A DNA stretch of 64,000 nt from positions 1,488,001-1,552,000 of the forward strand of contig CM097887.1 in the NCBI GenBank assembly GCA_044892525.1. The letters are read 5' to 3'. The notes below the pieces were generated by a model. The model was not told the DNA's origin. It made no database searches and worked only from the letters and a program-made list of their open reading frames with translations. Below, one piece after another: positions 47,823 through 61,305 of this stretch. Each line of letters starts with the position of its first letter. Within the stretch, counting starts at the first letter, position 1. The DNA is from Schmidtea polychroa (lineage: Eukaryota). A program made the position numbers and the translations under genes.

Positions 47823-50800
47823 ATGGATGATCATTATCTGAATGAATCAGACGAATTTCTAACTGATGATGATGAATATAATAATGACGGTGTTGTTTTA
47901 GCACCAGAAGAAAAAGAAGATAACGAATCGACTCCTGTTATGTATGAATTGTATACAGTGGATAAATTATTAGAGCACATGAACATTCTAATCAGTGAGG
48001 TTGAACAGATAATGAAAGTTCCCCGAACGTTTCTTCGGATTTTATTAACTAAGTTCAAATGGGATAAGCATAGATTGATCGAATGTTACTTTGATGTCGG
48101 TGAAGAAAAGTTTTTGCAAAATGCCAATTTCATTTTACCAATGAAACAAGAAACCGATTCTTGGGAATCTTTGTTAAGTCGGCCTTGTCGGGTGGGGAAT
48201 TCGAGTGAGTGATTTCCATTCATAATTGAATTCTTTTTCATTAATACATAATTTTTGATTATTGATAATGTTGGCTTGATATTAATTTCTTGATCATAAA
48301 ATGAATTTTTGAAAGTATTCGTTGATTGGTTGAATGATTTGTTCGGTTCATAATTGCTAATATTTATTATCGGGCATTGATGTTGGTGGCTTGATGAGCT
48401 GATCCTTGATTTACTGATCCTGATGTCCCGCATCCTATGTATATCATCATCCCTCTAGCAACCGCCAGCGATACCACCTCATTACTCTTTGTAAACGCTT
48501 TCTAATTTGGGATAATGATGGCGATATTGATTTGGATGGAACTTATTGGGATTTGTTCACAGGAGCTTGTATGAGACCTTGGTGCTTGGTGCGCTCCTGT
48601 TGATGGGATATCCGCTAGTATTGTGTCGGTTTGCGTGTGCCTATGCCCTGTCACCTCCCCGCCCCCTCCTCCTCATACCGTGCCGGGCGTTATCACCATA
48701 TGATATATTGCCCCCCCCCCCATGTCCCCAATAACCCACCAATCACGTGGCATCAGCATCACCCATTGGGTACCTGAGGGCGCATATATGATATATATAT
48801 ATATTATACATATTATTGATTGCAACCGCACGATTGAACGGCCAAAGGTCGAATCAATGCGAGAATCAATCCGATGATGCTATGAAATGCTCTCAGACAT
48901 TCCGATGCGCACATTTGGTGGTGGCATTGGCATAATGAATGTGTGCGTCACCCAGCGGTTCCCACTTGCGCCGCCCCATTGATGTATATGTGTATATCAT
49001 TTCATTGGATTGAATTATGCATTTACAGATGAGCTTAGAAACAAAATCCGGGGAGCTTCTCATCAGACTAATATGACCAAAACCAAACTCAATTCAACTC
49101 ATTATTCGGCATTCGGTGGAAGCGGTGAGCCAATCTGTGAGATATGTTACACTCCTACAGCATTTAGTAAGGCAATAANNNNNNNNNNNNNNNNNNNNNN
49201 NNNNNNNNNNNNNNNNNNNNNNNNNNNNNNNNNNNNNNNNNNNNNNNNNNNNNNNNNNNNNNNNNNNNNNNNNNNNNNNNNNNNNNNNNNNNNNNNNNNN
49301 NNNNNNNNNNNNNNNNNNNNNNNNNNNNNNNNNNNNNNNNNNNNNNNNNNNNNNNNNNNNNNNNNNNNNNNNNNNNNNNNNNNNNNNNNNNNNNNNNNNN
49401 NNNNNNNNNNNNNNNNNNNNNNNNNNNNNNNNNNNNNNNNNNNNNNNNNNNNNNNNNNNNNNNNNNNNNNNNNNNNNNNNNNNNNNNNNNNNNNNNNNNN
49501 NNNNNNNNNNTTATCATTTTTATTATTTATTATCNNNNNNNNNNNNNNNNNNNNNNNNNNNNNNNNNNNNNNNNNNNNNNNNNNNNNNNNNNNNNNNNNN
49601 NNNNNNNNNNNNNNNNNNNNNNNNNNNNNNNNNNNNNNNNNNNNNNNNNNNNNNNNNNNNNNNNNNNNNNNNNNNNNNNNNNNNNNNNNATAATTTATTA
49701 TTTATTATTATTTTATTATTTATCATTATTATTATTATTATTATTTATATATTTTTATTATTATTTATCTTTTTATTATTTATTATCATTTTATTATTTA
49801 TNNNNNNNNNNNNNNNNNNNNNNNNNNNNNNNNNNNNNNNNNNNNNNNNNNNNNNNNNNNNNNNNNNNNNNNNNNNNNNNNNNNNNNNNNNNNNNNNNNN
49901 NNNNNNNNNNNNNNNNNNNNNNNNNNNNNNNNNNNNNNNNNNNNNNNNNNNNNNNNNNNNNNNNNNNNNNNNNNNNNNNNNNNNNNNNNNNNNNNNNNNN
50001 NNNNNNNNNNNNNNNNNNNNNNNNNNNNNNNNNNNNNNNNNNNNNNNNNNNNNNNNNNNNNNNNNNNNNNNNNNNNNNNNNNNNNNNNNNNNNNNNNNNN
50101 NNNNNNNNNTTATCATTTTTATTATTTATTATCNNNNNNNNNNNNNNNNNNNNNNNNNNNNNNNNNNNNNNNNNNNNNNNNNNNNNNNNNNNNNNNNNNN
50201 NNNNNNNNNNNNNNNNNNNNNNNNNNNNNNNNNNNNNNNNNNNNNNNNNNNNNNNNNNNNNNNNNNNNNNNNNNNNNNNNNNNNNNNNATAATTTATTAT
50301 TTATTATTATTTTATTATTTATCATTATTATTATTATTATTATTTATATATTTTTATTATTATTTATCTTTTTATTATTTATTATCATTTTATTATTTAT
50401 NNNNNNNNNNNNNNNNNNNNNNNNNNNNNNNNNNNNNNNNNNNNNNNNNNNNNNNNNNNNNNNNNNNNNNNNNNNNNNNNNNNNNNNNNNNNNNNNNNNN
50501 NNNNNNNNNNNNNNNNNNNNNNNNNNNNNNNNNNNNNNNNNNNNNNNNNNNNNNNNNNNNNNNNNNNNNNNNNNNNNNNNNNNNNNNNNNNNNNNNNNNN
50601 NNNNNNNNNNNNNNNNNNNNNNNNNNNNNTTTTTATTATTTATTGTTTTAATTATTATTATTATTAATATTATTATTATTATTTTTTTTATTTATTTATT
50701 ATTTTTTATTATTATTATTATTTATATATTTTTATTNNNNNNNNNNNNNNNNNNNNNNNNNNNNNNNNNNNNNNNNNNNNNNNNNNNNNNNNNNNNNNNN

Positions 50801-53135
50801 NNNNNNNNNNNNNNNNNNNNNNNNNNNNNNNNNNNNNNNNNNNNNNNNNNNNNNNNNNNNNNNNNNNNNNNNNNNNNNNNNNNNNNNNNNNNNNNNNNNN
50901 NNNNNNNNNNNNNNNNNNNNNNNNNNNNNNNNNNNNNNNNNNNNNNNNNNNNNNNNNNNNNNNNNNNNNNNNNNNNNNNNNNNNNNNNNNNNNNNNNNNN
51001 NNNNNNNNNNNNNNNNNNNNNNNNNNNNNNNNNNNNNNNNNNNNNNNNNNNNNNNNNNNNNNNNNNNNNNNNNNNNNNNNNNNNNNNNNNNNNNNNNNNN
51101 NNNNNNNNNNNNNNNNNNNNNNNNNNNNNNNNNNNNNNNNNNNNNNNNNNNNNNNNNNNNNNNNNNNNNNNNNNNNNNNNNNNNNNNNNNNNNNNAACTC
51201 TTCCTTTTCCTTTTTAATTGAATATATTTCCGATTTAATTTCATGAATTAATTTATTTATTTGAATTATATTCCTATAAATCAGGGGTGCCCATAAGGTC
51301 GATCGCGAAGGATTTTTTAGTAGATCTTCATAAAAAAAATATTTTTTATATAAATTTAGATTTTATGTAAAATTTCTGTTTTATGCTTAAATTTATAAAG
51401 TCAAAGTACCGAGCAACATTAACAGATGCCCATTTGGAATCCAGCCTAAGAAGTTGTCTTAGCACTTATATCCCAAACTACAAAAATCTAGCGGATTCAA
51501 CCCAATGTAGAGCATCAACATCGAAAAGTTCTATATAAAAATAATTTTCATTAAATTTGATTTCCTAAGTTACATTTATAATAAATAGTTATATAGTTTA
51601 ATTTTCCATATTTTGACATATATTTGTTCTATTGTGATGAATTTATTGCATTGTAGGTAAATATTATGTAAGTATTAAAAAAGTAGATCGCATACACATT
51701 TTGGATGTGAATGAGCACTCCTAGAAATACTAGTGGGCACCCCTGGTATAAATGATACCGCTATCGACAAATAATATTGATATTGATCATTAATTTATCG
51801 CCATTTAATTCCGGAATATAAACCAACAGTAATTATTATATATTAGTAATGATAATGACAACAGCAATTGAGAATAAGTATAAGCTGGAAATTGATAATT
51901 ATAAAGGGTAACAGTGGGGCCAGATGATATTTGATTTCATTTTGTGATAATGATGTGTGACTGAGCCCTGAAAGCCAATTATCTCCTAGATGACATGACT
52001 GGGCTTGGGTGCGGCCACATATTCTGCCTGGGGTGCTGGGTGCGGTACCTCAACCAAAAAATTGTAAATGAAAACCAAGGCGACCAGATCCTTTGCCCCG
52101 CTCATCAATGTGATATCATTATCGACGATTCTATGGTCTACAATCTTATCCGCGACCATCCCGATATTAAGCAACGGTTCCAAATCACAGTTGCCAACAG
52201 TTTTGTAAATTGTAACCCCCTTCTCACTTGGTGCCCTGGAGTAGAGTGCAATCACATCGTGCGGGTCGCACGGCGGGAACCGATACGTATCGATTGTTCC
52301 AGTTGTTCATCGGTTTGCTCCTTTTTGTTCTCTTTCATTGATTGATTGTGTGCCGCCGTTGCAGGTGTTCTGTTTCGCGTGCGGGGAATCGTGGCACGAC
52401 CCTGTCCAGTGCTCCTTCCTGGAGAAATGGCTGAAGAAAATGCGGGACGACAGCGAGACCTCCAACTGGATCATGGCCAATACGAAGGAGTGCCCGAAGT
52501 GCCGAGCAACGATCGAGAAGAATGGCGGATGCAATCACATGGTGTGCAAGAATGTTGCTTGCAAATATGAGTTCTGCTGGGTGTGCCTGGACCAGTGGGA
52601 ACCGCACGGGTCCGCTTGGTACAACTGCAACAGGTACAATGAGACAGATGCACAGAAGGCGCGCGATGCACAGGAGGCCTCCAGGGCCGCCCTCCAGCGC
52701 TACCTTTTCTATTTCAATCGGTACGCCAATCATTTGCAGTCGCTCAAGTTCGAGTCCAAGCTGTACACGGGCGTGCAGAAGAAGATGGAGGAAATGCAGC
52801 AGCACAACATGAGCTGGATCGAGGTGCAGTTCCTCAAGCAGGCTGTCGATGTGCTCTGTGACTGCCGGCGCACACTCAACTACACCTACGTGTTCGCGTA
52901 CTATCTCAAGAAGAACAACCAATCGATAATATTCGAGGGTAACCAGAGTGACCTGGAGCAGAGCACTGAGCAGCTATCAGAGTACCTGGAGAGGGACATC
53001 ACAACTGACAGCCTAGTAGATATCAAGCAGCGAGTCCAGGACAAGACCCGATATTGTAAGCAGCGTCGCGCTGTTCTCCTCAAGCATGTTCATGAGGGCT
53101 ATGAGAACGACTGGTGGGAGCATCTCGATTTGTGA
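47823..53135 (+). CDS. ARIH1: E3 ubiquitin ligase ariadne-1 (RBR family), about 537 aa
   Basis: join(47823-48204,49029-49166,51990-52312,52365-53135), GT-AG, 1614 nt in phase. Acidic N-terminus, UBA-like RILL..FKWDK..LIE.YF, RING1 CEIC...CGHIFC..C, IBR WCPG..C...C.SC...[16 protein letters not shown]2 [21 protein letters not shown]...CWVC, Ariadne domain, ending [12 protein letters not shown]. Confidence 0.96.
51282..51745 (+). mobile_element. Non-autonomous hAT deletion derivative (464 bp) in ARIH1 intron 2
   Basis: TIR CAGGGGTGCCCA / TGGGCACCCCTG; TSD CTATAAAT / GTATAAAT (7/8); internal [18 protein letters not shown] transposase tail. Confidence 0.88.
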
Positions 53136-53227
53136 ATTTTCACACCATATAAATCTATTATCTCCTCTGGAAAAAATAAATTTTTTCTTTTACTGTCTTA
53201 TTTTGTGTTTATATTTGTGTACAAGCT

Positions 53228-54375
53228 TGTGTGTATCTGTATGCATGTATATGTGTTTGTGTGTATCTGTATGCATTTATATGTGTTTGTGTGTATCTAT
53301 ATGCATTTATATGTGTTTGTGTGTATCTGTATGCATTTATATGTGTTTGTGTGTATCTGTATGCATGTGTTTGTGTGTATCTATATGCATTTATATGTGT
53401 TTGTGTGTATCTGTATGCATGTTTGTGTGTATCTGTATGCATTTATATGTGTTTGTGTGTATCTGTATGCATGTATATGTGTTTGTGTGTATCTATATGC
53501 ATTTATATGTGTTTGTGTGTATCTGTATGCATGTATATGTGTTTGTGTGTATCTGTATGCATGTATATGTGTTTGTGTGTATCTGTATGCATGTATATGT
53601 GTTTGTGTGTATCTATATGCATTTATATGTGTTTGTGTGTATCTATATGCATTTATATGTGTTTGTGTGTATCTATATGCATTTATATGGGTTTGTGTGT
53701 ATCTGTATGCATGTATATGTGTTTGTGTGTATCTATATGCATTTATATGTGTTTGTGTGTATCTATATGCATTTATATGTGTTTGTGTGTATCTGTATGC
53801 ATGTATATGTGTTTGTGTGTATCTGTATGCATTTATATGTGTTTGTGTGTATCTGTATGCATGTGTTTGTGTGTATCTGTATGCATTTATATGTGTTTGT
53901 GTGTATCTATATGCATTTATATGTGTTTGTGTGTATCTGTATGCATTTATATGTGTTTGTGTGTATCTGTATGCATGTGTTTGTGTGTATCTATATGCAT
54001 TTACATGTGTTTGTGTGTATCTGTATGCATGTGTTTGTGTGTATCTATATGCATTTACATGTGTTTGTGTGTATCTGTATGCATTTATATGTGTTTGTGT
54101 GTATCTATATGTGTTTGTGTGTATCTGTATGCATGTATATGTGTTTGTGTGTATCTGTATGCATTTATATGTGTTTGTGTGTATCTATATGCATTTATAT
54201 GTGTTTGTGTGTATCTGTATGCATGTATATGTGTTTGTGTGTATCTGTATGCATTTATATGTGTTTGTGTGTATTTGTATGCATTTATATGTGTTTGTGT
54301 GTGTCTGTATGCATTTATGTGTGTCTGTATGCATTTATATGTGTTTGTGTGTATTTGTATGCATGTATCTATGTT
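53228..54375. repeat. About 28-bp (with 24-bp variants) TG-rich minisatellite just downstream of the ARIH1 stop
   Basis: Unit ATATGTGTTTGTGTGTATCTGTATGCAT(T/G); directly visible. Confidence 0.97.
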
Positions 54376-55137
54376 TGTGGTATGAGATTTAGCTTGTGTC
54401 AACCATTTATGATCTTTTGATGATAAGGGTTTACATAATAATACACTTAATTCCGAAAGTTGTAGATTAATTAATTTTTTTTTCTATGCTTTTCACTGGA
54501 AAATAGCTGTAAGATGTTTTAGGTATTAAAATTACCGTTTTAACTAGTAGATAAACCCCCTAAAGCCTGCTAATTTGGATTTAAAATAATATTGTATGTA
54601 ATATATTGTAATGTAATATTGTATAATATGGTGTATTGTTAGTTAATCCCGATGATTAACACATTTCCCCCAGTATTCCAATATTGGAATATTTAGCATT
54701 TTCACCCTCACTCCATTATTCTCGGCCCAATAAAGGTTTAGACTGCAACAGCCTACATATCGCAAGCGTGGAGATCTTGTCTAGTATTATTGTTGAAGGT
54801 TTGAACCTGTTAGAGTGAGCAGTGATTTTTTATTTGCATCAATTACTTTGAAAAGAAAACAAAAACAAGGGTCAATGGAGAATATCATTACTGGTGACTA
54901 TGGGAACCGATATATCTGAGTGTCACAACAGACAAACAAACACAATAAGAGCATTTGAGCATGTGAACAAAACAATATTATGAGACTGGATCAAAACTAA
55001 CCAGATTCGCACGGTCCAATCAACGGTTCATGCATTGCCAAGTGATCCCGCAATATGTCAAAAAAAGCAAAATAATAAGTAAAATAAAGAAAACGATAAA
55101 TCTATTGTTATTGATTAAATTGTGTAACCAGCGGCGG

Positions 55138-55815
55138 TCATCGCCTGTGGTTACCGCCCCTGAAATATTGCTGCTGGAATTGCTGGAATGATGTGCATTG
55201 GGAATCACTGGGATTGATGATTGGCGGAGGAGGGAAATTGACAAATGATTGCCCTGCCGGCTGGGAATATTGGCCATTGATCATTGGTGGCATCGGCTGC
55301 ATCGGTGGCGGGGGCATTGACATCATCATCATTTGATTGGCTGCCGGTGACTGCCAATAGGAAACTGGCCCTTGGTAATTGGCAAATCGCTGCTGTCTCA
55401 CGGCTGCTCCGAATGGATTGATATGTTGCCTGTTACTCGTGCGATTCTGATGAAATGGTGCTCCTCCGCGATTGGCCCCCATTGTAGCGATGCCTCCGCG
55501 ATTGGTCCGCTTCCTATTGGATTTCCTCTTGCTATTGGTGACGGGCGGTTTTGCTGTGGCGGTGCGAGAGCGATAGGCCGCTTCCTTCTCATCGTCACTG
55601 AATGCGATATCATCGCTGTCATTGTCATAGCGACAGTCAATGATATCGGCACCAGCAGCGGCACCAGCGGCGGCGGCGGCGGTGAAATATGCGTCCCGGA
55701 CTCCTGGGGCACAGAACAGCGGCTCTCCCCCACTGAATGAAGCGGCAATTGATTCTGATTTGCACACAACCAAATACAGCGGCTCCTGCTTGGTGCCGAA
55801 TATGTTATCGATCTG

Positions 55816-55874
<59 letters not shown>

Positions 55875-57214
55875 TATCGGTATCGGTATCGATATATGAG
55901 CTAGAGATCAGCAATTGCAAACCTTACCATTCCGATCATCAGCTTGTTGCTATCCAGCACGATCGTGTTCAGATCGACTATCGGATCGGATCGGGCTGCT
56001 TTGATCGTGACTAAACGCGAGGGAGTTATCAAGGGCAGATCAATCATTATATGCGCGCTTACTCGTTTGCGTTCCATCGATCCGTTGAATGACTGTCCCA
56101 ATGATCTCCAGGGCTGCGTTTACCTGCAAGCGCGTTTATTTATTCGGTTATTTATTGCCAATTATCAATGTGATTATCAATTACCGAGATGACAATGCTG
56201 CTCAGTTTCGCCTCGAGATCCGCCGGCAGCAGGTATTCCAGTTCCTGTTAATGTCACATCAATCACATCTAGCAGCTAGGCAATGAAATCAGGCCAATAT
56301 AGCGGCCAATACATATACAAATATCAAGCACGGGGGAACGCGGGCCCCTTTTAATTTATCAATTCTTACACTTACCGTTTCTTTATCAACGATTCTTCCC
56401 TTTCTTGTGGTTTCTTTGCGTGAGATCTTGCTGCTCCTGCTGGCCAATAAGCTGTTTAATATTCCGACCGGTTGCGACAGCTGGAATGGATTAATTCAAT
56501 ATTATAATCATTCTAATTCAAATCGTAATCATTCTCACATCAACTTCTGCAATCGAATCCAAATCTTCGTCATCATCATCATCATTTTCCCCGGATTCCG
56601 AATCAGATTCAACATGATTTCGATGTTTTTGCATCTTAATAAGTCAATTTAGAGTAGCACAAAGCGCCATATCTACCTCAAAGCAATCTTTAATTTCATT
56701 CTTAATTCGTAGCAAGTCCTCTTCATCTATTTCATTTAGATTTATTTCTTTATTATCATAATTTTCCAATAGACAGTCATCGAAATAACTGCTTTTTATC
56801 TTAGTTTATCATTAGATTACAAATTATACAAAATTAGATCATACGAAATTTTCTTTTAATTCCCCATCATCATTGATCATGTTATCTATAGTACTGTTAT
56901 ATACATTTGAGCAACAAATCTTTTCTAATTCTTCAAGATCAAAATCTCTGATCTAATGCAACCAGTTGTAACTTTAGTTTGAATATAATATAAATAATAA
57001 CTTCATATTCATCTTTGATTTCTCCTTCTTCCTCTGATTCGTTTTCACATTCATTTATAGTTTCCTAAATTTAAAAACAATAAAGAAATAATCAACTTTT
57101 TTTCTTAAAAATACTATTTGGTCGTGGCCTTCTTCTCTTTTGAAAAATTGGTCGAAGAACTAAATTGTAATGTTCATCAATTAGTTAGAAATGTACAAAT
57201 TTAACCTCATCCAT
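55138..57214 (-). CDS. NAF1: H/ACA RNP assembly factor NAF1 (Gar1/Naf1 domain)
   Basis: Confident exons: 56244-56185, 56123-56063, 56010-55928 and 55812-55138 (LEIIGTV..., DPIVDLNTIVL, IDNIFG...PLY.V, PLFCAP, FSDDEKE, then a Pro-rich tail). Upstream acidic exons (about 56376-57060) and the start (candidate ATG 57214) are only approximately resolved. Confidence 0.8.
55817..55871. repeat. (AATC)n microsatellite forming the 3' end of the last NAF1 intron
   Basis: About 13 units ending directly at the TTGCAG acceptor on the minus strand. Confidence 0.95.
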
Positions 57215-58183
57215 GTTAATTTAAATTTCGAAATTTGAGAAGTAAGATATATTAAAATTTAAAACGAATATTAAAACAATTTACTAAAGGTTTTATAAAT
57301 ATTTCTAATCTCTTGCTATTCCAGATATTTAAAAATTAATTTAAAAATTAATTTATAAATTAATTTAAAAATCTCGGTTTTACTAAAAATTACTAAAAAA
57401 TTATTCGGAAATATGATCACACAACTTGGACTATTTCAAAAGAGTTATAAATCACTATACTATGAGTAATGATGATGAAAACAAAACTGCTCAAAGTTTG
57501 ATAAAGAGAATTATGAATAGGTCTTATAAATTACAAACTAATCAAATGAATTAAAAGATAAAACTGATCGTAAATAAGAGTAGAAAAAGGAAGTCAAAGA
57601 GAAAGGAAAAAATTAAAACTCCAATTATATACATCATAAATTGAGTGGAAATAATAAAAAATTATAAAGCAAAGGAAATCCTAAAAGAAATAATTATTCA
57701 AAAAATATTAATTTAAAAAAAATAAAACGGAATATTCTTTAACATAAAATTATCCTTAATTTACCTATTTATTCTTGGATTACGCGGTCATAAAGATATA
57801 ACCAGTTACTAAGCACATTTGACAGGCAAAACAAAAATACAAGTGATATACTAACTCAATAGATAGCGATGAGTTTATTACACAACCTATAGTATCAAGA
57901 TTAAAATGACATAACGATGTCTGACGAAAAGGTCATGAGTACCAGTCTTCAGAATTGTAGATAAAAGGCAACAACTCCCATAAATTCAATTACGGTTCAA
58001 CTAAAATCAGGTAGTCATACTTTCGAATAAGGATTAATAATTTTAAATTTAAAATTTTACTTTTATATACTTAGTCGTACTTAAATCTCACCTAAAGGAA
58101 AAGCTTGTTGAAGAATTTGATCCACGATGAAATTGTCCAAATCCTTCAATAACCGAATCTGTCTATAATAAGTGATTTACCCG

Positions 58184-58701
58184 ATGAATCCAACTGAATC
58201 AATATCTATCAGAAAGACTGGTTTGCAGCCTTCCGCAACCGCCGAATCGAGGTTGATGGAAGAGAATAAAAATTTACGAGGAAAATTGAGTCGGCGATAG
58301 GTGCGACTGAAACAGATGGAATCCACGTGGCCGTATCCTGAAAAAGAGCGGGCCCTCTACCAGCGCATCACATGATTAGAGAAGAACCGTGACGAAGTGA
58401 TCAGGGAAAGTCGGTCGCAACGGCTCGTCAAGAGCTACAATCCCGCTGGTACACCGATCAAGAGTTAGCAGCGAAGGTACCTTAATGTTCAACCCTGATG
58501 GAGCTCGACATAATTCTAATCCATCATCTGTATGGTGAAGCCATAGTGAAAGAAGTGCGGAAGGACCTGAAAGTTCCTCCCAACCCAGCCACAATTCTTC
58601 CTCAAGAACCAGTAGTCCCCGCAACCAGTTATCTAGCAATACTGAAAGCGGATAGCAATCGCCATACTCGTGTTCGCCGTAAACGCCGCCAGCGCGCCTG
58701 A
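58184..58701 (+). pseudogene. Decayed member (copy C) of the orphan coiled-coil family
   Basis: MNPTE...ESRLMEENKNLRGKLSRR*VRLKQMESTWPYPEKERALYQRIT*LEKNRDEVIRESRSQRLV; after a frameshift LMELDIILIHHLYGE...RHTRVRRKRRQRA*. Candidate 64-nt leader intron at 58011-58074. Confidence 0.72.
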
Positions 58702-61305
58702 GCTAAGTGATTGGCTGAATTGGCCAATTCAGTTCCACCTCCTCCCCTATCAACCACAGCTATCTCCCAAGACCATGTCTGTACAAGATTGCTGATGACC
58801 CAGACTTTTATTTGAACCACTTATTTTAGTTTCAATGTCGTTGTTAATAAAGTTAAGTTAGTTATTTGCTGTTCATCAATTAGTTCATCCGTTTCCTTTA
58901 TTTTTATCGGTATTATTATTTTATTACTCCGAGAGTTGTATCATTTGTCGCATACTGAGGTAAATTTCTGTTTTTGTTTTCACTCCGTGCATTCGATTGG
59001 GAGTTTTCAGAGAAAAACCTTCGTCGAAGGATAGACGTAGACCTTTTATCGGAGGTCTCGGGTGTTGATGAATGTGTGACGCGAGCAGTAGGAAATAGTC
59101 CACTCACCTCTAGTCGTGCATTACCAACGCGGATATGCAGTTGGTCATTGGAATAGTCTTGTTGATCCTTTAAGGCTTCACCATAGTAATGTTTGTTCTT
59201 CTTCGTTAATATATTTTAATGTGCGACAATTTTAAATATAAGTAGTAAATTCTCAAAATCTTTAGGAAAAATATCGATAAACCGTAGATTTGTATTTGTT
59301 TATATTTCATATTCTAGGAGAATAGGCAACGAGTGGGGCACGGAAAGCTTCTTTGTCGCCTCGGTCACTTGCTTGTTGACTAGCAACACGTCGACATCAG
59401 CGAGGACTCGTAATGAAATCTACCTGGTGTCACCGTTGTTGTTATTTCATTTTTCACTATGATTATAACCATTTAATCTGCAAGTACTAGTGTTGGGTTA
59501 TCGAGTTGGTGATAGAATTAGAACTCTTACTCTGACTCCAAGCGTGTCTTTGACTGCCACACAAATAACAATTAACAATGGAAACTTTATTGAATATCAC
59601 AAATATTTTCACAATGATACAATTGACTCAACAGCTGACTATTATACGGTGCTTATTACAACACTATGGTGAGGAATAGCACACTCGTATAACTTTAATT
59701 TGTCAAACCTCTCACAACTGGTTGTTCTCTGATTTTGATTTGGCTTTACTACTCTAAATTTACTCTATTATCAACTGAATAAACTCTTTGCTGATTCCCT
59801 TTTATTTCTGTTTTCTTTTTTGTTTCTCTGCTTTAATTTAATTCAAATATTTCTTCCAAATTGTTTTCTCAATGGCTTCTCAAAACTGTTTCTCTAACAA
59901 GTCTCCCATGTGTTCTCTCAATTTTCTCCTCTATCTTTTCTTCTGCCACTTCTGCTGTGTCATCTCCTTTTTATACCTTGGCAATTTGTGGCACTTCAGA
60001 TAATCAAATGTTTTTCCCATTTTCTTTCTCCTGCTTCCCCCGACGGTCCCATTTTTATCTCTGACAGCTGTCAATTTGTTTTCCATTTTTTTTGTTTGAC
60101 CACCTTCTCCCATTAATTCTGTTATCACTTGCAAGCTGTCGAGATAAGGATATTGTTGTTTTCCTTTTTCCCCGATTTCAAAATTCCTTTTCCTTTTTGT
60201 ACTAATTAATTAGTACTGACCTTGGTTTTTATTTTCCTGTTTGATTCCTTTTATTTCCGTTATCTTTCTCATTTTTAATTTCTTTTTACTTCCGTTTTCT
60301 TTTCTGAGTTTCTATAGATCGTTCCGTTTGTCACGGCGATCTTCCCCCAGGTAATTTTATTTATTTATTTATAAATTGCTATTTAGGTATCCTCAACACT
60401 AGTAACAAACATATCGACAACAAGGGATTTTTTTAATGAATAAAGTGGACGCAGTCGTCATAGAAGCTGAGGGCGAATATGAGTAGCAAGATAATTGAAT
60501 TTTAATAATTATTTCAATCACATAGGTACAAAACATTAGATAAATTTGTCAAATTTTGTTTTTCCCAGGCTTAAAGCAATATGTAGTTTTCTGTCGATAT
60601 AACCTCGGCATAACTTACGAGGCATGTACGGCCTCATCAGTGTCATCTTGCCAGTTAGTAACTTCCTTTGACTGTTCTCGTCGAATTATCTGTAGTTCAT
60701 TCTTAGAAATACTTTCCTAATTAGCTGTGCAGATCGAGGTTTATTAATTTATTTCAATAAATTTTATGTGATTATTTATTTACACATATATAAGAATTAT
60801 AATATCAACGATAATTTACTTTTACTCCTTAATTTATTAAAAAAACAAAAACTTTAAACTTCTATAAATCAACGAAATTCTTTAACAGTTACTCTTTCAT
60901 ACGAAAACTTATTTTTTACTACAATAATCAGTCTTTTTAGTACAAAAGCAACAATCAGCATATCTTATATATATTAGGAACATACAGTTATATAAAAATC
61001 AGTTACAAACTGATTTGGCACATTTCAATGTTATCCTCACGACATATAATTTTTTTACATTTTTGCAGGACACATTTGCCTTTCAAAATCGGTGACACTT
61101 ATCTTATCGACACATACGCCACACGGCAGCTCCCAGCGACGAATGAGATGTCCTAAACAAACAGCAATGGATTCGCGCTATTTAGAAAGAGAGAACAATA
61201 TTTCGCAAACGTGTGCCTAAATTTTAAGCAGACTATCTTTCTAGGGTTAATGTACATTACTATATTATTATGTAATCACAATATACGAATGATTGGAGTT
61301 TAGAG

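Noticed and set aside
53086-54420. 300-440 aa Cys/Val/Tyr-rich ORFs
   Set aside because: Translations of the TG-rich 28-bp satellite; no unique sequence.
25900-58470. Alternative genetic code (TAA/TAG = Gln) for the orphan family, since several stops align with Gln
   Set aside because: Host exons such as ARIH1 exon 4 have many Gln codons and no in-frame TAR, copy A ends in TAA, and copy C also has TGA at an Arg (CGA) position. Ordinary C-to-T transitions explain the pattern.
58531-59186. 12-bp inverted match TATGGTGAAGCC (HLYGEA / HYYGEA peptides) suggesting a fourth family member
   Set aside because: No other family motif was found in the 58916-59200 minus frame, so a chance match is plausible.
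60580-60660. Hammerhead ribozyme on the minus strand (CTGATGAGGCC...)
   Set aside because: No stem II closing into C-GAAA and no compatible stem I/III with an NUH site could be built; it is also not adjacent to a PLE.
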